Source: Minisyncoccota bacterium (GTDB taxonomy: Bacteria; Patescibacteriota; Minisyncoccia; Phycocordibacterales; UBA9973). Taken from it: a DNA stretch of 64,000 nt. The position numbers were made by a program, and so were the translations under genes. Positions 15,935 to 24,255 of the stretch are shown here, piece after piece (the stretch's first letter is position 1; the number at the start of each line of letters is the position of its first letter). Under the pieces are notes generated by a model. It saw nothing but the letters and a program-made list of their open reading frames with translations, ran no database searches and was not told the origin of the DNA. The stretch is from the NCBI GenBank assembly GCA_041665925.1, contig JBAYHW010000002.1, positions 26,838 to 90,837 on the forward strand, given 5' to 3'.

Positions 15935-17669
15935 AACCTGCCAAAATTGCAAAAACGACTTCACCATAGAGCCGGACGATTTTGGATTTTATGAAAAAAT
16001 AATAGTTCCTCCACCGACCTTTTGCCCGGAGTGTAGACTGCAAAGGAGGCTCGCTTGGAGGAATGAAAAAAGTTTGTATAGTCGAGAATGTGATTTATGT
16101 AAAAAGAAGATGATTTCTATATACAGCGTAGAGGCGAAATCTTTGGTTTATTGCAATCAATGCTGGTGGGGCGATGGATGGGAAGGAAATCAGTACGCAA
16201 TGGATGTGGATTTCTCAAGACCTTTTCTGAATCAGTTTTTTGATCTTTTCCATAAAGTTCCTGCTCCCAACCTTTTTGCGTTTAGTAAAAATATGGTTAA
16301 TTCCCAATATTGCAACATGGCCAACGATATGAGAAATTGTTATTTGGTCCACGATGGAACCTTTGACGAAAACGTTTCTTATGGTAGTGGAGTTTTTCAT
16401 TCCAAAGATTCTCAAGACGTTACAATGGTTCGTAAATGTGAGCTGTGTTATGAAATTATAACCTGCATTAATTGCTACCATACTACTTTTTCACAGCAGT
16501 GTGAGGATTGCGTTGACGTACACTTTTCTTTTGGGCTAAGGGGTTGCAACAATTGTTTTGGTTGCGTGAACTTACACAAGCAGAGTTATTGTATTTTCAA
16601 TGAACAATATACCAAAGAGGAATATGAAGAAAAATTGAAATCGTTTGGAATTGATTCTTATAAAAAGGTGAATGAATTGAAAGATAAGGTACACGAGTTC
16701 TGGAAAAAATTCCCCAAGAGATATTATTTTGGTGTTCAAAATTTAAACGTAACGGGTGACTATCTTGAGCATTCTAAAAACGCAAAGTCCTGTTTTGGTG
16801 CAGCAAATTTAGAAGATTCAAAATTTTGTTCATTTGTTTCGAACGGACCAGTAAAAACAACTTATGATTTTACCCATTACGGAGATAACATAGAACTAGT
16901 CAACGAATCTTTGCAGTCAGGAGACGGCATATATAATATAAAATGTGGTTGGGGCACATGGACTAATTCAAGGAATGTGAATTACGGCATTACTTGTCCA
17001 GGAGTTTCAGATATTTTTGGATGTGTTGGGGTTAAGAAAAAACAATATTGTATTTTAAATAAACAATATACTAAAGAAGAATACAAAGAATTGGTTTCAA
17101 AAATTATTAAACATATGAATGAGATGCCTTACATTGATAAGAAAGGCAGAATTTATAAATATGGTGAATTCTTCCCAGTAGATTTTTCACCTTTTGGATA
17201 CAATGAAACGACTGCGCAAGAATATTTTCCCCTAGATCAAGCGCAAGCAATTGCAAAAGGTTACAATTGGAAAGAAAACAAGGAACGAAATTATCACATA
17301 ACAAAAGATTCAGAAGAACTTCCTGATAATATCAATGAAATTGCTGACTCACTTTTAGACGACGTAATTGGCTGTGCACACAAGGGAAGATGTGAAGATG
17401 ACTGTATGACTGCTTTTAAAATTTTATCCGAGGACTTGAAATTTTACCGACGAATGAATTTGCCCTTACCCAGACTTTGCCCCAACTGCAGACGCTACCA
17501 GAGAATAAAATTAAGGAATCCGCTCAAACTTTGGCACAGGCAATGCATGTGTGATAAAAAGCACCCTAACCACGAAGGAAAATGCGAAGTAGAATTCGAA
17601 ACTTCCTACGCACCCGATAGACCAGAAATAATTTATTGCGAAAGTTGTTATAACAAAGAAGTCTACTAA
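15918..17669 (+). CDS. Large cysteine-rich protein (583 aa, ~36 Cys mostly as CxxC pairs), unknown family; paralog A
   Basis: N-terminal zinc-ribbon module CQNC...FYEKIIVPPPTFCPECRLQRRLAWRN...CDLC. Homologous C-terminal module FYRRMNLPLPRLCPNCRRYQRIKLRNPLKLWHRQCMC. Central Cys-rich repeats end in YCIFNEQYTKEEYEE / YCILNKQYTKEEYKE. Overlaps scpB stop by 17 nt. Confidence 0.7.
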   Translation: MQAQTKTCQNCKNDFTIEPDDFGFYEKIIVPPPTFCPECRLQRRLAWRNEKSLYSRECDLCKKKMISIYSVEAKSLVYCNQCWWGDGWEGNQYAMDVDFSRPFLNQFFDLFHKVPAPNLFAFSKNMVNSQYCNMANDMRNCYLVHDGTFDENVSYGSGVFHSKDSQDVTMVRKCELCYEIITCINCYHTTFSQQCEDCVDVHFSFGLRGCNNCFGCVNLHKQSYCIFNEQYTKEEYEEKLKSFGIDSYKKVNELKDKVHEFWKKFPKRYYFGVQNLNVTGDYLEHSKNAKSCFGAANLEDSKFCSFVSNGPVKTTYDFTHYGDNIELVNESLQSGDGIYNIKCGWGTWTNSRNVNYGITCPGVSDIFGCVGVKKKQYCILNKQYTKEEYKELVSKIIKHMNEMPYIDKKGRIYKYGEFFPVDFSPFGYNETTAQEYFPLDQAQAIAKGYNWKENKERNYHITKDSEELPDNINEIADSLLDDVIGCAHKGRCEDDCMTAFKILSEDLKFYRRMNLPLPRLCPNCRRYQRIKLRNPLKLWHRQCMCDKKHPNHEGKCEVEFETSYAPDRPEIIYCESCYNKEVY

Positions 17670-17703
17670 TTCCCCCATATCAGCCATGGCGTAAATGAGG
17701 GAA

Positions 17704-18528
17704 TTACAGGCACTCGGGGTTAATACCAAGTACGTAATCGTTTACGAGATTCATTCTTTTTACGTTCTCATCACCGGCAAAACCAGCTATGTCATTATTA
17801 GTCACTAGAGCTTTATATTTTTCAGTAAACTCTTTTGCAAGAGGTAAGTAAGACCAGTGCCACTTTTCTTCATTGTAGCCAGTGGGGCGAGCTTGGCCTT
17901 TTGCAGTATACGGCTGACAGAATCCAAAGCTGGCAGCATTGACGACTAGCCACTCATAAACTTTTCTTCCTGCTTCTGTCTGGAAGTAGTAGGGGACTGT
18001 CATGTTTATATCTATATCTGTGCCCCAATGGTGCCTGGAGGTGCTAGGCACTGAGCTATATTCTAATATTTTCTTAAATCTTTCTAAGCCGTCAGGAATG
18101 GATTCATTTAATTTCTTTCCGTCAACTAAAGTAACACCTGTCCATTTATCATCCCAAATCTTTTTCTGGGAATTGAAATTTCTCACAGCAGAAACTATCT
18201 GTAGATCCACATTTTCTTTTTTAGCTGTTTCGGCCATTTGAATAAAAGCTTCTAGGGCTTCCTTTCTTAAATATGTCGTGTACCCGCTCATGTTGTATTC
18301 TTTAGGGACGTGTACGAAATCTTCTCTATCGCTCGGATTAAATTTACCCAACAAATAAAGCCTCGTTTCTGCGTCTTTTTTAAGCTGTTGCTCAATCAAT
18401 ATTTTTTGTTTAACAATTTCCTCCTCTTTTTGTTTTTTTAACGCTGAAATTGAGGAATTTATCATCATTCCGCCAATAACTACCAACAAAACCAAAGGAA
18501 AAATGTATTTTATAATATCTTTTTTCAC
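17704..18528 (-). CDS. VanY-like D-alanyl-D-alanine carboxypeptidase (peptidase M15B), membrane-anchored
   Basis: Motifs SAVRNFNSQKKIW (SxxRS..Q), SRHHWGTDIDIN (SxHxxGxAxD) and FGFCQPY...EEKWHWSY (YGF...EPWHxxY). N-terminal TM anchor. Start taken as GTG at 18528. The track ORF extends to 18735, but that stretch overlaps the neighbouring gene start and looks non-coding. Confidence 0.7.
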   Translation of the reverse strand: MKKDIIKYIFPLVLLVVIGGMMINSSISALKKQKEEEIVKQKILIEQQLKKDAETRLYLLGKFNPSDREDFVHVPKEYNMSGYTTYLRKEALEAFIQMAETAKKENVDLQIVSAVRNFNSQKKIWDDKWTGVTLVDGKKLNESIPDGLERFKKILEYSSVPSTSRHHWGTDIDINMTVPYYFQTEAGRKVYEWLVVNAASFGFCQPYTAKGQARPTGYNEEKWHWSYLPLAKEFTEKYKALVTNNDIAGFAGDENVKRMNLVNDYVLGINPECL

Positions 18529-18564
18529 TCGCAAAGAATAGCATATTTTGGTACAATTTACTAA

Positions 18565-20301
18565 ATGAAGGCGGAAATTAAAGTTTGTCAAAACTGCAAG
18601 AGTGATTTTACGGTAGAGCCGGATGATTTTGGATTTTATGAAAAAATCAAAGTTCCTCCACCGACCTTCTGTCCGGATTGTAGGAGACAGAGACGCTGGG
18701 CTTGGCGGAACAACATGTCGCTCTATAATCGACAATGTAAGTCCTGCGGCAAAGGCGTGATTTCACTTTACCATCCTGATTCAGGCCTAACTGTTTATTG
18801 TAATAAGTGTTGGTGGAGCGACAAATGGGATTCAAAAAGTTTTGGCGTAGATTATGATTTTTCAAAACCATTTTTTACTCAATTCCGAGAACTTATAGGA
18901 AAAGTTCCACACATGTCTATTGTAAATGATAATGATATTGCAAGTTTAAATTGCGAATATACCCACGACTGGTGGTTCTCTAAGAATTGCTATATGTGTT
19001 TTTCTGGGTGGAATACAGAGAATATAATGTATAGTTTTTTTATTCTTGCTGGTAGAGATATGGTTGACTGTATGAACATAAGATCAAAAAGTGAGCAGTT
19101 ATATGAATGTATTATTTGTTCGCATGGTTACCAAGTTAAAAATTCAATTTATTCTAGTTCTTGTTTGAATTCACAATTTTTATATTGGTGTAAAAATTGC
19201 AGTGATTGTTTTTTGTGTTCAGAATTAGTTGGTAAAAAATATTGTTACAAGAATGAGCAATATTCAGAAGAAGAATACGAAAAGATTTTAAAAGAATATA
19301 GATTAGATACTTGGAGCGGGGTAGAGCGGGCTCAAAAAGAATATGATGAATTTATTTTAAAATTTCCTAGAAAATATAGTAATTCTATTCGGAACTTAAA
19401 TTGTACTGGAGAGCTAGTATCTGATTCAAAGAATTCAAAAAATTGTTTTGTGACAAAAAATGCGGAAAATTGTAGATATAATGAATATTCGGGAGATGGT
19501 AATAATTCAAATAAAGATTGCTACGATATTACAACCACAGGTGGAGTATCGGAATGTTATGAATGTGTTGTTGGAGATCACTCGCAGTTTAATTTGTTTG
19601 GACTTTTTTCGGTTAAAAGTCAAGATATAAAATATTGTCAGCATTGTCATAACTGTAAACATTGTTTCGGGTGCGTCGGGTTGCGCAATGCGAATTATTG
19701 TATTTTTAATAAACAATATACCAAGAAAGAATATGAGGAGTTAGTGCCTAAAATAATTAGACATATGAATGACATGCCTTATGTCGACAAAAGAGGAAAT
19801 GAGTATAAATTTGGGGAGTATTTTCCTGTAGAGCTTTCGTATTTTGGATATAATGAATCCTGCGCAATGGAACAATTTCCCCTTGATAAACAGAAAGTCC
19901 TTGAGAACAAATATAATTGGCAAGACAATATTCAGCGAACAACAGGGAAGGAAACACTAGAATCAGACAAAATTCCCGAAAGTATAGATGAAGTAAACGC
20001 TTCAATACTGAAGGAAGTGCTAGCTTGTATAGAATGCCACAGAAACTACAAAATAGTTCCTAATGAATTAATATTCTACAGAAAAATGAAGATTCCTATT
20101 CCGAGAAAGTGTTTTTATTGTCGTCATGAGGCTAGAATTAAAAGAAATAATCCTTTTAAACTCTGGCATAGGCAATGTATGTGTGATAAGAAACATCCAC
20201 ATCACGAAAAGAAGTGCGGGATAGAATTTGAGACGAGTTACGCACCCGATAGACCGGAGATAGTGTACTGTGAAAAATGTTATCAAGCGGAAGTTTATTA
20301 G
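18565..20301 (+). CDS. Large cysteine-rich protein (578 aa), paralog B of 15918-17669
   Basis: Collinear with paralog A. MKAEIKVCQNCKSDFTVEPDDFGFYEKIKVPPPTFCPDCRRQRRWAWRN... at the N-terminus and ...NPFKLWHRQCMCDKKHPHHEKKCGIEFETSYAPDRPEIVYCEKCYQAEVY at the C-terminus are near-identical to A. Central CxxC repeats with YCIFNKQYTKKEYEE. Confidence 0.7.
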   Translation: MKAEIKVCQNCKSDFTVEPDDFGFYEKIKVPPPTFCPDCRRQRRWAWRNNMSLYNRQCKSCGKGVISLYHPDSGLTVYCNKCWWSDKWDSKSFGVDYDFSKPFFTQFRELIGKVPHMSIVNDNDIASLNCEYTHDWWFSKNCYMCFSGWNTENIMYSFFILAGRDMVDCMNIRSKSEQLYECIICSHGYQVKNSIYSSSCLNSQFLYWCKNCSDCFLCSELVGKKYCYKNEQYSEEEYEKILKEYRLDTWSGVERAQKEYDEFILKFPRKYSNSIRNLNCTGELVSDSKNSKNCFVTKNAENCRYNEYSGDGNNSNKDCYDITTTGGVSECYECVVGDHSQFNLFGLFSVKSQDIKYCQHCHNCKHCFGCVGLRNANYCIFNKQYTKKEYEELVPKIIRHMNDMPYVDKRGNEYKFGEYFPVELSYFGYNESCAMEQFPLDKQKVLENKYNWQDNIQRTTGKETLESDKIPESIDEVNASILKEVLACIECHRNYKIVPNELIFYRKMKIPIPRKCFYCRHEARIKRNNPFKLWHRQCMCDKKHPHHEKKCGIEFETSYAPDRPEIVYCEKCYQAEVY

Positions 20302-20339
20302 GTATTTCTTAAAAAAGGTTAAAATGATATGATATATCC

Positions 20340-21395
20340 ATGCTTTTGAATTTGGTTAAAATTTCAATACCGACAGCTTTTGCTTTCTTTCTTGGCTTTT
20401 TACTTACTCCCATTGCCACGCATTTCTTCTACAAATACAAAATGTGGAAGAAGTATTCTAGGAACCTAGATGCTAAGGCACAGGATTTTCATAAAATACA
20501 CAACGAGCAAGATGAGCTTAAAACCCCACGAGTAGGAGGAATAATTATTTGGTTTTCTGTTCTATGCACTACACTCGTTTTTTATTTATTGTTTATTTTT
20601 TTTCCTTCGACCAGCTCCGCGAAGATGAATTTCTTAAGTCGTAATCAAACCTTGATACCATTTTTTACTTTACTGCTTGGGTCACTCATTGGGCTCTGGG
20701 ACGATTTGATACAAATATATGGAAAAGGAAAATTTGCTCGAGATGATAAGTCGTGGCGAATTTGGAAAATTATATTGGTATCAGTTATGTCATTTTTTAT
20801 TGGCTTTTGGTTTTTCTATAAGCTGGGGATGGATTCTTTTCACATTCCATTCGGGGGAGAAATTTTTATTGGTATTTTAATTATTCCATTTTTTATGTTG
20901 GTGGCCTTGGCGACATTTTCCGGTGGAGTTATCGATGGCATTGACGGTCTTTCCGGTGGAGTTCTATCTTCAATCTTTGGCGCTTATGCAGTGATAGCTC
21001 TCGCCAATAATCAGATAGACCTGGCAGCATTTTCGGGAGTTATAATGGGGGCGATTTTGGCATTTTTGTGGTTTAATATTCCGCCGGCGAGATTTTATAT
21101 GGGAGAGACAGGGATAATGGGGCTGACTATTACCCTAGCTACGCTCGCATTTCTGACTGATTCGATTTTAATTTTGCCAATAGTTGCATTACCACTTGTT
21201 ATAACCTCGGCTTCTGTGATTCTTCAACTTGTTTCTAAAAAATTCCGAGGGGGGAAAAGATTGTTTAAGCTGGCACCACTTCACCACCACCTAGAAGCTA
21301 TCGGGTGGTCTTCTTATAAAATTACTATGCGTTTTTGGATTTTCTCAGTCATGTTTGCGGTCGTAGGAATTATTTTAGCAATTATTAGTCGATAG
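20340..21395 (+). CDS. mraY: Phospho-N-acetylmuramoyl-pentapeptide transferase
   Basis: 351 aa polytopic membrane protein. DGIDGLSGG (MraY DG.DGLA motif) and LAPLHHHLEAIGW (PIHHHFE.GW). Confidence 0.88.
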   Translation: MLLNLVKISIPTAFAFFLGFLLTPIATHFFYKYKMWKKYSRNLDAKAQDFHKIHNEQDELKTPRVGGIIIWFSVLCTTLVFYLLFIFFPSTSSAKMNFLSRNQTLIPFFTLLLGSLIGLWDDLIQIYGKGKFARDDKSWRIWKIILVSVMSFFIGFWFFYKLGMDSFHIPFGGEIFIGILIIPFFMLVALATFSGGVIDGIDGLSGGVLSSIFGAYAVIALANNQIDLAAFSGVIMGAILAFLWFNIPPARFYMGETGIMGLTITLATLAFLTDSILILPIVALPLVITSASVILQLVSKKFRGGKRLFKLAPLHHHLEAIGWSSYKITMRFWIFSVMFAVVGIILAIISR

Positions 21396-21412
21396 ATAAT
21401 TTAGTGAGATAA

Positions 21413-22513
21413 ATGAAAGAAAAAAAAGTAGATAAATTTTTCTTAATAATTATATTTATTTTACTCGCCTTTGGCGTGGCAATGTTTATTTCGGCGTCTT
21501 TAGGGGTTCTGGCGAAAAATGCAAATATTTTTTATTCCATACTTTTTAGTCAGCTGATCCTAGGGCTTGGGCTGGGATTGGTAGGTATGTACATTGCTTC
21601 AAAAATACATTATAAAGTTTGGCGTAATTTTTCTTTTCTAATTTTTTTGGCATCCATACTTCTAACTGCTGCGGTTTTTATACCTTCTTTTGGGTGGAGT
21701 CATGGAGGAGCCCAGAGGTGGATACAGATAGGAGGTTTTACTTTTCAACCTGTTGAATTTTTAAAATTTGGTTTTGTGATTTATTTTGCAGCATGGTTAT
21801 CTTGGGTGAAAACCAGGGTAGGGGATTTCAGATTTGGAATCTTACCCTTCGGTATTATGTTAGCGGTTATTGCCTTTGTTTTATTAAAGCAACCAGATAC
21901 AAAAAGCTTTATTTTGATTACAATTACTGGGATTTCCATGCTTTTCCTTTCTGGGGTTCCGATTAAATATATTTTCGGTGTTGGCTTTGGGGTAGTATTT
22001 TTATTGGCTGGGCTTGTGTATTATAAACCATACTTACAAGATAGGGTTAAAACTTATATTAATCCAAGTGCAGATGCTCGAGGATCTTCTTATCAAATTC
22101 AGCAATCGTTTATTGCTCTCGGCTCGGGCGGGGTATTAGGAAGGGGATTTGGTCAAAGCGTTCAGAAATTCGGCTACCTTCCTGAACCGCAAGGAGATTT
22201 TATTTTTGCTGTTATGGGAGAAGAACTTGGTTTTGTCGGCGGGCTGGTGACTATATTTTTATATCTTTTATTTTTATTGCGAGGGTTTCGTATTGCGAAC
22301 AGGTCGCCAGATTTGTTCAGTGGACTTTTAGTCTACGGAATTGTTATACTCATTACTGTACAGTCGTTTATGCACATTGCTTCGGTTACTGGAGTGTTCC
22401 CGTTGACGGGGGTGCCCCTAGTTTTTATGAGTCAGGGGGGGACTTCGCTTATGGTATATCTGGTCGCAATAGGTATTGTATTTAACGTATCAAAATTTCA
22501 AAAAAATTTATGA
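21413..22513 (+). CDS. ftsW: SEDS-family peptidoglycan glycosyltransferase FtsW/RodA
   Basis: 366 aa, ~10 TM helices. Conserved FIFAVMGEELGFVGG and the MSQGG.S motif typical of FtsW/RodA. Confidence 0.85.
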   Translation: MKEKKVDKFFLIIIFILLAFGVAMFISASLGVLAKNANIFYSILFSQLILGLGLGLVGMYIASKIHYKVWRNFSFLIFLASILLTAAVFIPSFGWSHGGAQRWIQIGGFTFQPVEFLKFGFVIYFAAWLSWVKTRVGDFRFGILPFGIMLAVIAFVLLKQPDTKSFILITITGISMLFLSGVPIKYIFGVGFGVVFLLAGLVYYKPYLQDRVKTYINPSADARGSSYQIQQSFIALGSGGVLGRGFGQSVQKFGYLPEPQGDFIFAVMGEELGFVGGLVTIFLYLLFLLRGFRIANRSPDLFSGLLVYGIVILITVQSFMHIASVTGVFPLTGVPLVFMSQGGTSLMVYLVAIGIVFNVSKFQKNL

Positions 22514-23640
22514 AAATAGTTTTTACAGGAGGAGGCACCGGAGGACATTTCTATCCAATAATTGCTGTCGTCCAAAAAGTAAATCAAATCATTGATCGGG
22601 AGCACATAGTCGGTGCAAAATTATACTATATTTCTGATAGTCCTTACGACAAAGAAGTTTTAATGGAAAACGGGCTGCTATACGAAGGAATAATTACCGG
22701 CAAGATGCGGACGTACTTTTCCTTTAAAAACTTTTCCGATGTTTTTAAAATATTTTTCGGCACTATCAATGCAATTTATAAATTGTTTTCTATTTATCCA
22801 GATGTGGTTTTCGGTAAGGGCGGATATGCGTCATTTCCGACAATCTGCGCGGCGAGATTTTTACGTATTCCTGTTATTATCCATGAATCTGATTCTGCTC
22901 CAGGACGGGTAAATAGATGGGCAGGAAAATTTGCTAAAAAAATTGCCGTCTCGTTTCCTGAGGCCGTAGAATATTTCCCCAAAGATCGCACAGCTTGGAC
23001 AGGGCAACCAATAAGAACTGAAATAGAAAACAGAGCTCCTAGAGAAGAAGCTCTAGAATATTTCAAACTTGAATCAAACTTGCCAGTGATTTTTATTACT
23101 GGAGGTTCACAAGGGGCAGAACTAATAAATAATGCCATCCTAGACGCCTTGCCAAAACTAGTAGAAAATTATCAGGTTATTCATCAAACTGGAGTGAAAA
23201 ATTTCCCTACGACTTCAGGACAAGCCGAGGTGGTTCTCTCTGGCAATAAACATAAATCTAGATACTTACCTTTTCCTTTTTTAAACGTTCTACAGATGAA
23301 AATGGCGGCTGGGGCAGCAACTATAATAATTTCACGCGCCGGATCTACGCTGTTTGAAATTGCGGCTTGGAACGTACCCTCAATTTTAATTCCTTTTACG
23401 AATTCCAATGCTGATCATTCTAAGAAAAATGCTTTTAATTACGCTAGAGCCGGAGCATGTAGTGTCATAGAAGAAGCAAATATGACTGCCAATATTCTAA
23501 ATTCTGAAATTGAGAGAATTTTAACTGATAAGCAAGGTTATGAACAAATGAAGCAGAGCGCTATAGCTTTCAATAAACCTGGTGCGGCGGAAAAAATCGC
23601 CCGTGAAATAGTAGATATTGCTCTCAGCCACGAGAAGTAA
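22510..23640 (+). CDS. murG: UDP-N-acetylglucosamine--N-acetylmuramyl-(pentapeptide) pyrophosphoryl-undecaprenol N-acetylglucosamine transferase
   Basis: 376 aa. N-terminal VFTGGGTGGHFYPIIAV and C-terminal GT-B fold region (ISRAGSTLFEIAAWNVPSILIP). Confidence 0.88.
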   Translation: MKIVFTGGGTGGHFYPIIAVVQKVNQIIDREHIVGAKLYYISDSPYDKEVLMENGLLYEGIITGKMRTYFSFKNFSDVFKIFFGTINAIYKLFSIYPDVVFGKGGYASFPTICAARFLRIPVIIHESDSAPGRVNRWAGKFAKKIAVSFPEAVEYFPKDRTAWTGQPIRTEIENRAPREEALEYFKLESNLPVIFITGGSQGAELINNAILDALPKLVENYQVIHQTGVKNFPTTSGQAEVVLSGNKHKSRYLPFPFLNVLQMKMAAGAATIIISRAGSTLFEIAAWNVPSILIPFTNSNADHSKKNAFNYARAGACSVIEEANMTANILNSEIERILTDKQGYEQMKQSAIAFNKPGAAEKIAREIVDIALSHEK

Positions 23641-23705
23641 CTCTTGCTTTTTTCAATAATTGTGATATAATATATTTAATCAAACTGTACATTTAGGAGG
23701 AGACG

Positions 23706-24182
23706 ATGTTTCAGAAGTTCGTGTCTCTGGGGGAGTTCAGCAAACTCTCACATAAAGACAAAACGGTTGTGATGACCACTGGGGTGTTTGACGTGCCACA
23801 CGTAGGGCATCCACGCTACTTATACACGGCAAGGATGCTGGGCGACCTGCTCGTGGTCGGAGTGCATTCCGACGAGCTGGTTCGCCAGAGGAAGGGTGAA
23901 GGACGACCGATTTACCCACTGGAAGAGCGGGTGGAGTTGTTGTCTTATTACGGTTGCGTGGACTTCATCCTGGAACTCAAAGACCAGGAAGATGTCTATG
24001 GGACGATCCGGACCGTAAGGCCAAAAATCCTAGTGGTGTCGACGACCACTGAGGACGAGGCCAACAGCCCGGCCACCATGAGCTCAATGTTCGGCGACAG
24101 CATGGCGGTTGCCGTACTCGGGCCACAGTCATTCCGACACACGACAGATCTCGTCGAAAAACAGGAGGTGATCGAAAAATGA
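23706..24182 (+). CDS. Cytidylyl/adenylyltransferase-like protein (RfaE domain II / TagD-like nucleotidyltransferase), GC-rich
   Basis: 158 aa. TTGVFDVPHVGHPRYLYTARMLGDLLVVGVHSDELVRQRKGEGRPIYPLEERVELL matches the HIGH-type nucleotidyltransferase core of heptose-1-P adenylyltransferase / glycerol-3-P cytidylyltransferase. SD GGAGGAG upstream. GC ~54% against ~35% in the flanks. Confidence 0.65.
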   Translation: MFQKFVSLGEFSKLSHKDKTVVMTTGVFDVPHVGHPRYLYTARMLGDLLVVGVHSDELVRQRKGEGRPIYPLEERVELLSYYGCVDFILELKDQEDVYGTIRTVRPKILVVSTTTEDEANSPATMSSMFGDSMAVAVLGPQSFRHTTDLVEKQEVIEK

Positions 24183-24255
24183 GCCTATCGAGGGAAGACT
24201 ATGCTTTCTTTGGTAGGCTTTTCTCATTTTCATATAAAAATGCTAAAATGGACAT

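Noticed and set aside
18529-18735. Track extension of the M15 peptidase ORF to 343 aa.
   Set aside because: The extra N-terminal 69 codons overlap the promoter and start of the plus-strand gene at 18565 and translate to non-protein-like sequence. The hydrophobic membrane anchor begins right after the GTG at 18528.
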